From Patescibacteria group bacterium (GTDB lineage Bacteria > Patescibacteriota > Minisyncoccia > Portnoybacterales > UBA2143), in contig JAHJSM010000002.1 of assembly GCA_018830295.1 (NCBI GenBank), positions 80,598 to 113,130 of the forward strand: a stretch of DNA of 32,533 nucleotides. The letters run 5' to 3'. The notes under the pieces are model-generated. The model saw only the letters and a program-made list of their open reading frames with translations. It was not told where the DNA came from and did no database searches. This document shows positions 6,964 through 15,379 of the stretch, piece after piece. Position 1 is the stretch's first letter; every line of letters starts with the position of its first letter. The translations under genes were made by a program, and so were the position numbers.

Positions 6964-9630
6964 ATGGTCAAATCATGGCATAGTTTTTCGGTTAAGAAGA
7001 CAATTGAGGAATTGAAGACGAGGGTCGGCGGGTTGAGCGAGAGAGAGGCGGAAAAGCGGCTGGGAAGGTATGGGTTGAATGAAATTCCTTCGGAAAAATC
7101 TTCTTCAAAAATTAGATTGTTTTTGAGGCAAATCAAGAGCCCGTTGATATATATCTTAATCATTGCGGGCGTTGTTGCTTTTCTTTTGGACGATTACACA
7201 GACAGCGTTGTTATTTTTGCCGCTGTTTTTTTGAATACGATTATCGGCTATTTACAGGAGGACAAGGCGAGCCAAGCGCTTGAAAAATTGAAAAAGGTTT
7301 TACAAGCGAAAGCGGTTGTTTTCCGCGGCGGCGAGGAAAGAGAGATTTTGCGAAAAAATATTGTTCCGGGCGATATTGTTTTTTTAAGGGCGGGAAATAA
7401 AGTTCCGGCTGACGCGCGGATTATTGAAGCGCGCCATTTAACAATTAACGAGTCGGTTTTAACGGGCGAATGGCTTGCCGCTAAAAAAAACGCGGCGGTT
7501 TTGCCAAAGGAAACGCCGCTCGCGGACAGGGATAATATGGCGTATATGGGAACGATTATTGAAAGCGGGTGGGCAAAAGCGGTCGTAGTCAAAACGGGCG
7601 CGTCGGCGGAAGTCGGGCAAATCGCGGAAATGGTCAGAGAGGGGGGGGAGAAAGAAACTCCCTATCAAAAGAAATTATCTCGTCTTGGAAAGATTGTGAG
7701 CATAGTTGTTATTATCGCTTCTTTTGGAATTTTTCTTGAAGGAATTTTAAGGGGGGAAAATTTTGTTGAAATTTTTACTATTTCAATCGCGGTGGCGGTG
7801 GCGGCTATTCCCGAGGGCTTGCCGATAGCCATGACGGTTGTTTTGGCGTTGGGAATGGGAAGAATTTTGAAAAAAAAGGGCTTGGTTAGAAAACTTGCTT
7901 CTGCGGAAACATTAGGCAGCACTTCAATAATTTTGACGGACAAGACAGGGACATTAACGGAAGCCAAAATGAGCGTTGCTGGTATTTTCACTGGCGCGAA
8001 CGAACTTTTCAAAGGCGGCGGGTTCGTAAAAAACAAAAATGGGAATCATAAGGAGCGGCATATTAGGGTTATGAAAATGGCAATGCTTTGCAACGAGGCG
8101 TTTGTTGAAAATCTTGACGAGCCGACGAGTGAATGGATAGTTCGCGGCGCTCCCACGGAAAGAGCTCTGCTTTTGGCGGGCATTCAAGCGGGTCTTTCTA
8201 AAAGAGAACTTGAAGAGAAACAGCCGTTGATTGATAAACTTTTTTTTGACCCTTATTACAAATACGCGGTTAGTTTGCGTAAATTGAACGATGAGAAAAA
8301 TATTCTTTATCTTGTTGGTTCGCCCGAAAAAATTCTTTCTATGTCTGGTTCTTTAGACAGCGGCGGAAAAAAAGAAAAACTTCTTTTGAGCGATTTCGCG
8401 AAAATTAAAAACAAAATTGATGATTTAACAAAGAGCGGTTTAAGAGTTCTCGCGGTTGCTTACAAAGAAACAAAAGAGCAGGCGATAGACAGAGACGAAG
8501 AGGAAAAACATAAAGAAATGGTTTTTGTCGGGCTTTTCACCTTACATGACCCGATTAGACCAGGCACAAAAGAGGTCATGGATATTTGCAGGCGGGCGGG
8601 GATGAGACCGATTATTGTTACGGGTGACCACAAATTGACTGCTTGGATGGTCGCGTCTAAACTCGGTTTTAATATTAAAGAGGAGGATATTTTAGAAGGG
8701 AAGGATTTGGCGAAGATGTCTGACAAAGAACTTGAAAAATGTCTCAAAAAAGTTCAGATTTACGCTCGGGTTGAGCCAGCTCAAAAATTAAGAATTGTCA
8801 ACGCTTGGAAAAAAAGAGGCGAAGTTGTCGCGATGACGGGCGACGGCATTAATGACGCGCCGGCTTTAAGGCGGGCGGATATTGGCGTCGCGCTGGGTTC
8901 AGGAACGGATGTGGCGAAAGATGTTTCCGATATGGTTCTTTTGACGGATAATTTTAACATTATTGTGGCGGCGATAGGGGAAGGCAGGACGATTATTGAT
9001 AATATTAGGAAAGTCATTACTTATTTGTTGTCCAGCGGTTTTACGGAAATTATTTTAATTGGCGTTAGTTTGTTTTTTGGATGGCCATTGCCTGTTTTGG
9101 CGGCTCAAATATTATGGATAAATTTGATTGTGGACGGTCCGATTGGCATTAGTTTGGCGTTTGAAAAAAGAGAAAAGGATGTGATGCGGCAGAAACCCAA
9201 GGACTATGGTCTTTCTTTGTTGGATAAAAAGATGAAGATTTTGATTTTTATTATTGGGATTATGACAGACTTTCTTTTACTCGGATTGCTTTACTGGCTT
9301 TTGAGATACACAGAATATGACATATCGCGCATTCGCTCAATTATTTTTGCCGGCTTGGCTATCGGTTCTTTGTTTTATATTTTTTCCTGTAAAAGTTTGC
9401 GAAGAAATATTTGGCAGATAAATATATTTTCCAATAGATATTTAATTTACGCCTGGCTGTCGGGGGTCTTGATGCTGGTCGCGGCTCTTTATATTCCCTT
9501 ACTGCAGAAATTTTTAAGAACTGTTCCATTAAATCTTTTTGATTGGTCGCTTGTCCTTGGAGTGGGATTTTTGAATATGGTTTTAATTGAGGCGACGAAG
9601 TATTGGTTCATAAGCAGGCGAAGGAAATAA
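6964..9630 (+). CDS. P-type cation-transporting ATPase (P2/Ca2+-ATPase-like)
   Basis: It has the DKTGTLT phosphorylation motif, the TGDGINDAPAL hinge, TGES-like LTGEW, PEGLP in M4, and about 10 TM segments. ATG 6964 is preferred over TTG 6949. TATAAT at 6952-6957 lies 6 nt before the ATG. Confidence 0.92.
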   Translation: MVKSWHSFSVKKTIEELKTRVGGLSEREAEKRLGRYGLNEIPSEKSSSKIRLFLRQIKSPLIYILIIAGVVAFLLDDYTDSVVIFAAVFLNTIIGYLQEDKASQALEKLKKVLQAKAVVFRGGEEREILRKNIVPGDIVFLRAGNKVPADARIIEARHLTINESVLTGEWLAAKKNAAVLPKETPLADRDNMAYMGTIIESGWAKAVVVKTGASAEVGQIAEMVREGGEKETPYQKKLSRLGKIVSIVVIIASFGIFLEGILRGENFVEIFTISIAVAVAAIPEGLPIAMTVVLALGMGRILKKKGLVRKLASAETLGSTSIILTDKTGTLTEAKMSVAGIFTGANELFKGGGFVKNKNGNHKERHIRVMKMAMLCNEAFVENLDEPTSEWIVRGAPTERALLLAGIQAGLSKRELEEKQPLIDKLFFDPYYKYAVSLRKLNDEKNILYLVGSPEKILSMSGSLDSGGKKEKLLLSDFAKIKNKIDDLTKSGLRVLAVAYKETKEQAIDRDEEEKHKEMVFVGLFTLHDPIRPGTKEVMDICRRAGMRPIIVTGDHKLTAWMVASKLGFNIKEEDILEGKDLAKMSDKELEKCLKKVQIYARVEPAQKLRIVNAWKKRGEVVAMTGDGINDAPALRRADIGVALGSGTDVAKDVSDMVLLTDNFNIIVAAIGEGRTIIDNIRKVITYLLSSGFTEIILIGVSLFFGWPLPVLAAQILWINLIVDGPIGISLAFEKREKDVMRQKPKDYGLSLLDKKMKILIFIIGIMTDFLLLGLLYWLLRYTEYDISRIRSIIFAGLAIGSLFYIFSCKSLRRNIWQINIFSNRYLIYAWLSGVLMLVAALYIPLLQKFLRTVPLNLFDWSLVLGVGFLNMVLIEATKYWFISRRRK

Positions 9631-9633
9631 ATT

Positions 9634-10596
9634 ATGATTTTAAATCAATTTTTAATTTTTGTTGTTTCGTTTCTTGTTTTGATTTTTTCCAGCAAATGGC
9701 TGGTTGGAGCGTTAACAAAAATCGCTAAATTTTTTGGCTGGAAAGAATTTATAGTTGCTTTTTTTACAATGGCTCTTGCTAGTTCCATCCCTAATCTTTC
9801 CGTGGGATTAAGTTCTGCCTTGCGCGGGATTTCCCATCTTTCTTTTGGAGAAATTGTCGGAGGAAATATAATTGACCTGACCGTAACGGTCGCCTTAGCG
9901 GCTTTGGTTTCAAGAAATGGTCTAAGGGTTTCCGGAAAAACCGTTCAAGTCAGCGCTGTTTTTACTTTAATCATTGCTATTTTACCCTTGATTTTGATTT
10001 TTGATGGAAACCTTTCCCGCCCAGACGGCGTTGTGCTAATTTTTGCCTTTCTTATTTATAGTTTTTGGCTTTTTCGCAAAAAAGAAAGATTTAGCAAGGC
10101 GTATAACCATAACACAGACCCGATTACCGCGAAGAGTTTTTTCAAGGGCTTAGGAGGGATCTTGGCGGCTGTGGCTTTGCTTTTATTCGCCACGGAGGGA
10201 ATTGTTAATTCGGCAGTTTATTTTTCAAGTATGCTGGGTTTGCCTCTAACGCTGGTTGGAATGTTTGCGGTTAGTATTGGGAATACCATGCCAGAGATTT
10301 TTTTTAGCATCCAGGCGGCGAAAAAGGGCAAGGATTGGATGGTTCTCGGTAATTTACTTGGCGCCGTTATTTTGCCGGTGACCTTAGTTTTAGGAATTGT
10401 TGTTTTAATCCATCCGATAGAAATTACCAATTTTTCGCCTTTTGTGATTGCGAGATTTTTCTTGGTGATTTCGGCGATGTTTTTTCTAATATTTTCGCGG
10501 ACGGGGAAAAGGGTTTCCAAGAAGGAGGCGATTTTTCTTTTGTTGGTTTATTTGTCTTTTATTGTCGCGGAGTTTCTGTTTGGGCAGAATGGGTAG
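9634..10596 (+). CDS. CaCA family Na+(K+)/Ca2+ exchanger membrane protein (YrbG-like)
   Basis: 320 aa polytopic protein with two alpha-repeat-like segments (ALASSIPNLSVGL and SIGNTMPEIFFSI). It starts 4 nt after the ATPase stop. Confidence 0.8.
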   Translation: MILNQFLIFVVSFLVLIFSSKWLVGALTKIAKFFGWKEFIVAFFTMALASSIPNLSVGLSSALRGISHLSFGEIVGGNIIDLTVTVALAALVSRNGLRVSGKTVQVSAVFTLIIAILPLILIFDGNLSRPDGVVLIFAFLIYSFWLFRKKERFSKAYNHNTDPITAKSFFKGLGGILAAVALLLFATEGIVNSAVYFSSMLGLPLTLVGMFAVSIGNTMPEIFFSIQAAKKGKDWMVLGNLLGAVILPVTLVLGIVVLIHPIEITNFSPFVIARFFLVISAMFFLIFSRTGKRVSKKEAIFLLLVYLSFIVAEFLFGQNG

Positions 10597-10636
10597 GGGT
10601 ATTGAGTTTTTTGATTGAGTGTGATAATGTTGGGTT

Positions 10637-11671
10637 ATGGAGTATTTCATTATTTCACTTTTAGTTCTTATTATTCTTGGATTAAGCATTGGTCTTTTTT
10701 TATTGTTTAAAAAAAAGAGCGGAGAAGGAAACGGCGAATCGTTTTTGATGCTTCAACAGCAGTTGAGCCAATTAAGTCAGGCGATGGACGGCAAAATGAA
10801 CGAGTCGGCGAGGGCGATTCAGGAGCAGTCGGGACAGAACGCGAAGATTATCCGCAATGTGACGGAGCGGCTGACAAAGTTGGACGATACCAATAAGCAG
10901 GTCATGGGATTCGCGGAACAGTTGCAATCGCTGGAAAATATTTTGACTAATCCGAAACAAAGAGGTATATTGGGAGAGTATTATTTGGAGACAGTTTTGA
11001 AAAATGTCCTTCCGCCAAGCGGCTATCAGATGCAGTATGATTTGGGCGATGGGGAAATAGTTGACGCGGCGGTTTTTATTAAAGACAAAATTCTTCCGAT
11101 TGATTCAAAATTTTCTTTGGATAATTACAACAGGATTGTTAAAGAGAAGGACGCGAATAGAAGAGCGCAATTAGAGAAGAGATTTAAGATTGACCTGAAA
11201 GCGCGAATTGACGAAACGGCGAAATATATCAAACCTAAAAAAGGAACGATGGACTTCGCTTTTATGTTTATTCCTTCAGAAGGAATTTATTACGATTTAT
11301 TGGTCAATCGGATAGGCGCGATTAAAGTCAACACGCGTGATTTGATTGAATACGCTTTTCAGGACAGGCATGTGATTATTGTTTCGCCAACTTCTTTTCA
11401 CGCTTATTTACAGACAGTTTTGCAGGGCTTGCGGGCTTTACAGATAGAAGAGTCAGCCAAGGGAATACGAAAAGGAGTGGAAGCGCTCGCTAAGCATTTG
11501 AATAGTTACGAAACATATTTACAGAAAATGGGCAGTAATTTAGGGACAACGGTTAAAATGTATAACAGCGCCTATAAAGAGTTTGGGAAAATAGACAAGG
11601 ATGTCATGAAAATCACGGAGGGGGAGTCAAAGATGAAGGTTAAGGAGATAGATAAGCCGGTAGCAGAATAA
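10637..11671 (+). CDS. rmuC: DNA recombination protein RmuC
   Basis: It has an N-terminal TM, a long coiled coil, then an RmuC nuclease-like core (PKQRGILGEYYLETVL, DAAVFIKDKILPIDSKF, FMFIPSEGIY). Confidence 0.88.
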   Translation: MEYFIISLLVLIILGLSIGLFLLFKKKSGEGNGESFLMLQQQLSQLSQAMDGKMNESARAIQEQSGQNAKIIRNVTERLTKLDDTNKQVMGFAEQLQSLENILTNPKQRGILGEYYLETVLKNVLPPSGYQMQYDLGDGEIVDAAVFIKDKILPIDSKFSLDNYNRIVKEKDANRRAQLEKRFKIDLKARIDETAKYIKPKKGTMDFAFMFIPSEGIYYDLLVNRIGAIKVNTRDLIEYAFQDRHVIIVSPTSFHAYLQTVLQGLRALQIEESAKGIRKGVEALAKHLNSYETYLQKMGSNLGTTVKMYNSAYKEFGKIDKDVMKITEGESKMKVKEIDKPVAE

Positions 11672-11866
11672 GAGAATAATTCTCAATTTTCAATTCTCAA
11701 TTTTCAAACAATTTTCAATAATTAAATTTTCAAACCCGCCCGCAATTGCTATAGCGTTGCAGACGGGCGCGGGAATGACAAAAAAAGAGACGGTTTGATG
11801 GTTTGAAGATTGTAAAATTGAAAATTCATTGAAAATTGAAAATTAGAAATTGAAAATTTTATTTAT
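11672..11866. repeat. AT-rich long inverted-repeat element, copy 2, with a GC-rich central insert
   Basis: The left arm is at 11676-11735 and the right arm at about 11813-11858. It shares the 23-mer at 11816-11838 with copy 1, plus CAAACAATTYTCAATRAATTA..ATTTTCAAAC in the left arm. The central 11736-11773 segment is a GC-rich imperfect hairpin (CCCGCCCG...CGGGCGCGGG). Confidence 0.8.
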
Positions 11867-12190
11867 ATGTTTGCAGTTATAAAAACGGGCGGGAAACAAT
11901 ATTTGGTTTCCGTCGGCGATAAAATTAAAATAGAGAAGATAGATACCGCTGATAAAAAAGAGGTTGTTTTTGATGAGGTTTTGTTAGTTGTAGACGACAA
12001 GGAAGAAGTTAAAATAGGCGCTCCTTTTATTAAGGGCGCCAAAGTTAAGGCGAAGGTCCTGGCGCAAGATAAGGCCAAGAAAATTATTATTTTTAAATAC
12101 AAAGCCAAAAAGCGATACCAAAAGAAAACTGGTCATCGTCAGCCGTATACGGAAATTGAGATAACGGGCATTTTACTTTCTACCTCTTAG
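11867..12190 (+). CDS. rplU: 50S ribosomal protein L21
   Basis: The sequence MFAVIKTGGKQYLVSVGDKIKIEKI...GHRQPYTEIEI is a canonical L21. Confidence 0.95.
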   Translation: MFAVIKTGGKQYLVSVGDKIKIEKIDTADKKEVVFDEVLLVVDDKEEVKIGAPFIKGAKVKAKVLAQDKAKKIIIFKYKAKKRYQKKTGHRQPYTEIEITGILLSTS

Positions 12191-12769
12191 TGCGTTGGAG
12201 AGGGTGTTTTCGTCGGTGTATTCTAAGTCGCTTCCAGTTGAGAGGCCGCGCGCTAAGCGGCTTGTTTTTATTTTTAAGGGGGCAAGGAGGCGTTCTATAT
12301 AGAGAGTAGTTGTATCTCCTTCGGTTGTCGGGCTTAAAGCGAAAATTATTTCTTTAATTTCGTTTTGGGCGTTTTTTACTCTTTGAATAAGTTCCCTGAT
12401 TTTTAGTTTGTCCGGGCCGAAGTTGTCGGCGGGGGAGATGAGTCCGCCTAAAACATGGTAGAGCCCTTGATATTGCCCTGTTTTTTCAATAGGAGGAATA
12501 TTGAGGATATTTTCCACAACGCAGATGATGCTTTTGTCCCTTTTGGTGTTTTGGCAGATAAGGCAGAGTTTTTCGCTTTCGGCGATGTTGAAGCATTGGG
12601 GGCAGAGATGAATTTCGTTTTTTATATTTTTAATTAAGGAGGAGAGTTGGTCAAGGTCGTCTTGGCTTTGGCTGATTAAATAAAAAACGAGCCGTGTAGC
12701 GGCGCGAGGTCCGATGTCGGGAAGTTTGCTTAATTGTGATGATAATTTTTTGATTTGTTCAGGGGGCAT
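12173..12769 (-). CDS. recR: Recombination protein RecR
   Basis: It has an HhH N-terminus (LPDIGPRAATRL), a C4 zinc finger (CPQCFN...CLICQN) and a Toprim region. Its 3' end overlaps the rplU 3' end by 18 nt. Confidence 0.94.
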   Translation of the reverse strand: MPPEQIKKLSSQLSKLPDIGPRAATRLVFYLISQSQDDLDQLSSLIKNIKNEIHLCPQCFNIAESEKLCLICQNTKRDKSIICVVENILNIPPIEKTGQYQGLYHVLGGLISPADNFGPDKLKIRELIQRVKNAQNEIKEIIFALSPTTEGDTTTLYIERLLAPLKIKTSRLARGLSTGSDLEYTDENTLSNALRGRK

Positions 12770-12770
12770 A

Positions 12771-14123
12771 TTACATATATTTCTCTAAATTCTTGAAGCT
12801 GACTTGGCTTTCATTGAAGAAGAGTTCTATCTTTCCGGTTGGACCATTGCGGTGTTTAGCGACGAAAATGTCGGCGATGTTTTTTCTTTCGCTGTTTTCT
12901 CGGTCTTTATCTTCGCGGTAAATAAAGAGGACGACATCAGCGTCTTGTTCGATCGCGCCTGAATCGCGAAGGTCGGAAAGTTTAGGAATGGAAGGGGATC
13001 GGCTTTCAACGGCGCGGCTTAACTGGGAAAGGGCGAGGACAGGGAGATTAAGTTCGCGAGCAAGCCCTTTGAGGGAACGAGATATTTCGGTCATTTGTTG
13101 GACGGGCGGATCGCTTGGATTGCGAGGAAGAATCATTTGGATGTAGTCAATCATAATTAACCCCAAATCATGTTCTGATTGGAGACGCCGCGCCATCGTC
13201 CGCATTTGCATAATTGTCGGGGAGGGCGAGTCGTCAATGTAAATAGGAGCGCTTGATAATTCATCCATCGCTTTTTGAATTCTTTGAAAGTCGTTATCAG
13301 GTCCTTCGCCCGAGAGTTTTCCTGTTCTCATCCGCCAGAGGTCAACTTTCGCTTGCGCGCAAATTAGACGGTCAATTAACTGTTCTTTTGCCATTTCAAT
13401 ACTGAAAATCGCCACGGGAACTTTGTTTTTTACTGCCGCGTTGCGGGCGAAATCAAGCGCTAGCGTGGTTTTACCTAAACTTGGTCGGGCGGCGAGAATA
13501 ATCATATCCGATTTTTGAAAGCCAGCTAAATAATTGTCTAAATCAGGATATCCAGTCGGTACACCCCTAGTCATTTCGTCGCCTCGGTGGAGTTTATCTA
13601 TTCTCTCAAAGGCCTCCTCTAAACTGTCTTTAATGAGAACGAATTTTTGTCCAATTGTTTTTTGCGAAATGCTGAAAATTTTCTGTTCGGACGAATCAAC
13701 CAAATGTTCCACATCTTCCGGCTCGCCGTAACTTAATTGGGCGATTTGGTCGGACGCTTCAATTAAATCGCGCAGGGTTTTTTTGCTTTTGACAATTTTG
13801 GCGTAATGGACGATATGTGCGGCCGTGGGAACGGCGTTGACTAAGGTCGTCAAATAACTGGCGCCACCCATTTCTTTCAACTGGTTTTTTTCTTCCAAAC
13901 GGTTGGTCAAACTTAAAAGGTCGATCGGTTCGTTTTTTGCGTAAAGACCGAGCATCGTTTCGTAAATATCGCTGTGAATTCGTTTATAAAAATCCTCGGG
14001 CGCGAGCGTATCGGCGATCTTAATAATCGCTTTTTTGTCCAGCATTAAAGAGCCAAGAACAGATTGTTCGGCTTCAATGTTTTGTGGCGGGAGACGACCT
14101 TCAATTTTTTTCTTTACAACCAT
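12771..14123 (-). CDS. dnaB: Replicative DNA helicase DnaB
   Basis: It has PPQNIEAEQSVLGS at the N-terminus, Walker A (ARPSLGKTT), and the IMIDYIQM and ALSQLSR motifs. ATG at 14123 is preferred over 14192, which would overlap corA by 79 nt. No intein-size insertion is present. Confidence 0.92.
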   Translation of the reverse strand: MVVKKKIEGRLPPQNIEAEQSVLGSLMLDKKAIIKIADTLAPEDFYKRIHSDIYETMLGLYAKNEPIDLLSLTNRLEEKNQLKEMGGASYLTTLVNAVPTAAHIVHYAKIVKSKKTLRDLIEASDQIAQLSYGEPEDVEHLVDSSEQKIFSISQKTIGQKFVLIKDSLEEAFERIDKLHRGDEMTRGVPTGYPDLDNYLAGFQKSDMIILAARPSLGKTTLALDFARNAAVKNKVPVAIFSIEMAKEQLIDRLICAQAKVDLWRMRTGKLSGEGPDNDFQRIQKAMDELSSAPIYIDDSPSPTIMQMRTMARRLQSEHDLGLIMIDYIQMILPRNPSDPPVQQMTEISRSLKGLARELNLPVLALSQLSRAVESRSPSIPKLSDLRDSGAIEQDADVVLFIYREDKDRENSERKNIADIFVAKHRNGPTGKIELFFNESQVSFKNLEKYM

Positions 14124-15028
14124 TTTTTCTTTTTGAAATAGGCGACCATTATTCCTGTAGTGAAGAACATAATCGCGAGAACTATAAGCCATGTATATTG
14201 ACCTCTTTCAATCGATGGGATATTGCTAAAGACATTCATTCCGAAAAATCCGACAATGACGCTTAAAGGGAAGGTGATAAAAGAAACGACAGTCAGAAAC
14301 TTCATAATATCGTTTAATTTGTAAGAGAGCAAGGAATTGTTTGTCTGTTCAATGGAAGCGACAAGTTCGCTGTGGTTTTCAAGGGCGTTCCAGACCCTGA
14401 TTGATGAACCAATAACCTCTTGTGTAAGGGGTTTGAGCGCTGTTCCGAAAAATCGCAGCGATTTTTTGCCCAGTATTTCCAAGACCGAACGCTGGGGTTT
14501 AACGGCGCGGCGGAAATCAATAATATCTTTTTTAATAATGGAAATTTCGGCAAGCATTTCTTTTTCTTTTCCTTGGAAAACATTGTGTTCAATTTCTTCA
14601 ATTTTTTCGCTGATGTGGTCAAGCATTGGCAGGCAAGAGTCAATGAGCCAGTCAAGCAAACTAAAGAGCAAATGCCCTCGGCTTTTGAAATATTGCGCTT
14701 GGTGGTAATCCTGAACTTGGCAATCGTTAAAAAATGTTTCCAGAGAAGGAATGTTTTCGTTGTGGCTGGTAATTAAAGTGTCGCCGACGACAATTAAGTC
14801 CAATTCAACGGGCTCGGTTTGGCGGGTTTCAGGGTCGTAAACGGGAAAATAGAGGACGAGGAAAAGTTGTTCGGGATATTCCTCTATTTTAGGACGGTGA
14901 AGATTGGGTAGAAACTGCTGGACGATAAAGGGATGGAGGTTGAATTTTTCCTTGAGTTCGTCCAGGTCTTTTTGTTTTGGATTTTGAATGTCAATCCAAT
15001 TGATATTATTGGCTGTTATTTTTTTCAT
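14114..15028 (-). CDS. corA: Magnesium/cobalt transporter CorA
   Basis: 304 aa with a cytoplasmic N-domain and two C-terminal TM segments carrying the GMN motif (FFGMNVF). Confidence 0.92.
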   Translation of the reverse strand: MKKITANNINWIDIQNPKQKDLDELKEKFNLHPFIVQQFLPNLHRPKIEEYPEQLFLVLYFPVYDPETRQTEPVELDLIVVGDTLITSHNENIPSLETFFNDCQVQDYHQAQYFKSRGHLLFSLLDWLIDSCLPMLDHISEKIEEIEHNVFQGKEKEMLAEISIIKKDIIDFRRAVKPQRSVLEILGKKSLRFFGTALKPLTQEVIGSSIRVWNALENHSELVASIEQTNNSLLSYKLNDIMKFLTVVSFITFPLSVIVGFFGMNVFSNIPSIERGQYTWLIVLAIMFFTTGIMVAYFKKKKWL

Positions 15029-15064
15029 AATTTTGTTAAGTTATTTATTTTTTTAATCATTTTC

Positions 15065-15073
15065 ATATTACCA
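15065..15073 (-). promoter_or_regulatory. Candidate extended -10 box (TGGTAATAT) for corA
   Basis: The reverse complement of 15065-15073 is TGGTAATAT. This matches the TGGTAnnnT pattern seen before several other genes and lies about 37 nt upstream of the corA ATG. Confidence 0.35.
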
Positions 15074-15084
15074 TATTTTTTAAA

Positions 15085-15143
15085 CCGGGGACAGTCCCCG
15101 CGGAGTTAAGACGGGGGCTGCCCCCGCAACGGGGGCAGCCCCC
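15085..15143. repeat. Composite GC-rich repeat (type B half + TTAAGAC linker + full type A hairpin)
   Basis: The sequence is CCGGGGACAGTCCCCGCGGAGTTAAGACGGGGGCTGCCCCCGCAACGGGGGCAGCCCCC. It closely matches 18337-18395. Confidence 0.9.
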
Positions 15144-15152
15144 ATGGGATTT

Positions 15153-15187
15153 AAAAAGTGTTCAACCTTCAGGGTTGAACACTTTTT
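15153..15187. terminator. Perfect bidirectional intrinsic-terminator hairpin (A5-GTGTTCAACC-TTCAG-GGTTGAACAC-T5)
   Basis: The 10-bp perfect stem is flanked by A5 and T5. The core is identical to the terminator after tRNA-Lys (30925-30949). Here it lies upstream of both flanking genes (corA and grpE diverge). Confidence 0.75.
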
Positions 15188-15261
15188 AAAGATTAAAGGT
15201 CTGACCTTTTTGACATAACCTTTTTGTTAAAATTTCTTTGCAAAAATTTGGGGGTTGTATA

Positions 15262-15284
15262 ATTCGGCTTTGGTAAAGCCGAAT
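15262..15284. repeat. Hairpin repeat type C (ATTCGGCTTT-GGT-AAAGCCGAAT)
   Basis: The 10-bp stem is perfect. A related copy lies at 6476-6498. Confidence 0.8.
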
Positions 15285-15319
15285 GGGGGGGCAGCCCCCT
15301 AAGACGGGGGACTGTCCCC
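15285..15319. repeat. GC-rich half-units (type A half GGGGGGGCAGCCCCC + TAAGAC + type B half GGGGGACTGTCCCC)
   Basis: These are the same building blocks and linker as 15085-15143 and 18337-18395, in a different arrangement. Confidence 0.8.
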
Positions 15320-15331
15320 AGTCCATCATTC

Positions 15332-15371
15332 TTGATATTTTTTTGCTAAAGTGGTAGGATTGTGGTAAGAT
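15332..15371 (+). promoter_or_regulatory. Tandem candidate promoters for grpE
   Basis: P1 is TTGATA(15332-37)-N17-TGgTAGGAT(15352-60). P2 is TTGCTA(15343-48)-N17-TGgTAAGAT(15363-71). The P2 -10 box ends 8 nt before ATG 15380. Confidence 0.5.
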
Positions 15372-15379
15372 AATTTGCG

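Noticed and set aside
6612-7163. 183-aa minus-strand ORF spanning the small ORF and the 5' end of the P-type ATPase
   Set aside because: It is antisense to a strongly supported ATPase N-terminus and to an SD-led, promoter/terminator-bracketed small ORF. Its translation is low-complexity (SVSASVSVSVISISI, NKNYKNKN) with no recognisable motif and no SD. This is most likely a shadow ORF in AT-rich DNA.
7641-7648. G8 homopolymer inside the P-type ATPase as a phase-variation switch
   Set aside because: It is a single tract in frame (encoding E-G-G-E) within a housekeeping-type transporter. There is no evidence of frameshifted alternative ORFs and it cannot be evaluated without population data.
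7248-9017. Several minus-strand ORFs inside the P-type ATPase (7248-7592, 7459-7668, 7665-8036, 7954-8187, 8460-8747, 8781-9017)
   Set aside because: They are shadow ORFs antisense to a gene with intact P-type ATPase motifs throughout.
14124-14192. Longer DnaB start at 14192
   Set aside because: It would overlap corA by 79 nt and adds 23 non-conserved residues. ATG 14123 places the PPQNIEAEQ motif at the usual distance from the N-terminus.
14314-14776. Overlapping ORFs within corA (14314-14655 minus; 14337-14708 and 14420-14776 plus)
   Set aside because: They are alternative-frame or antisense ORFs inside a well-supported CorA gene, and their composition is that of out-of-frame translation.
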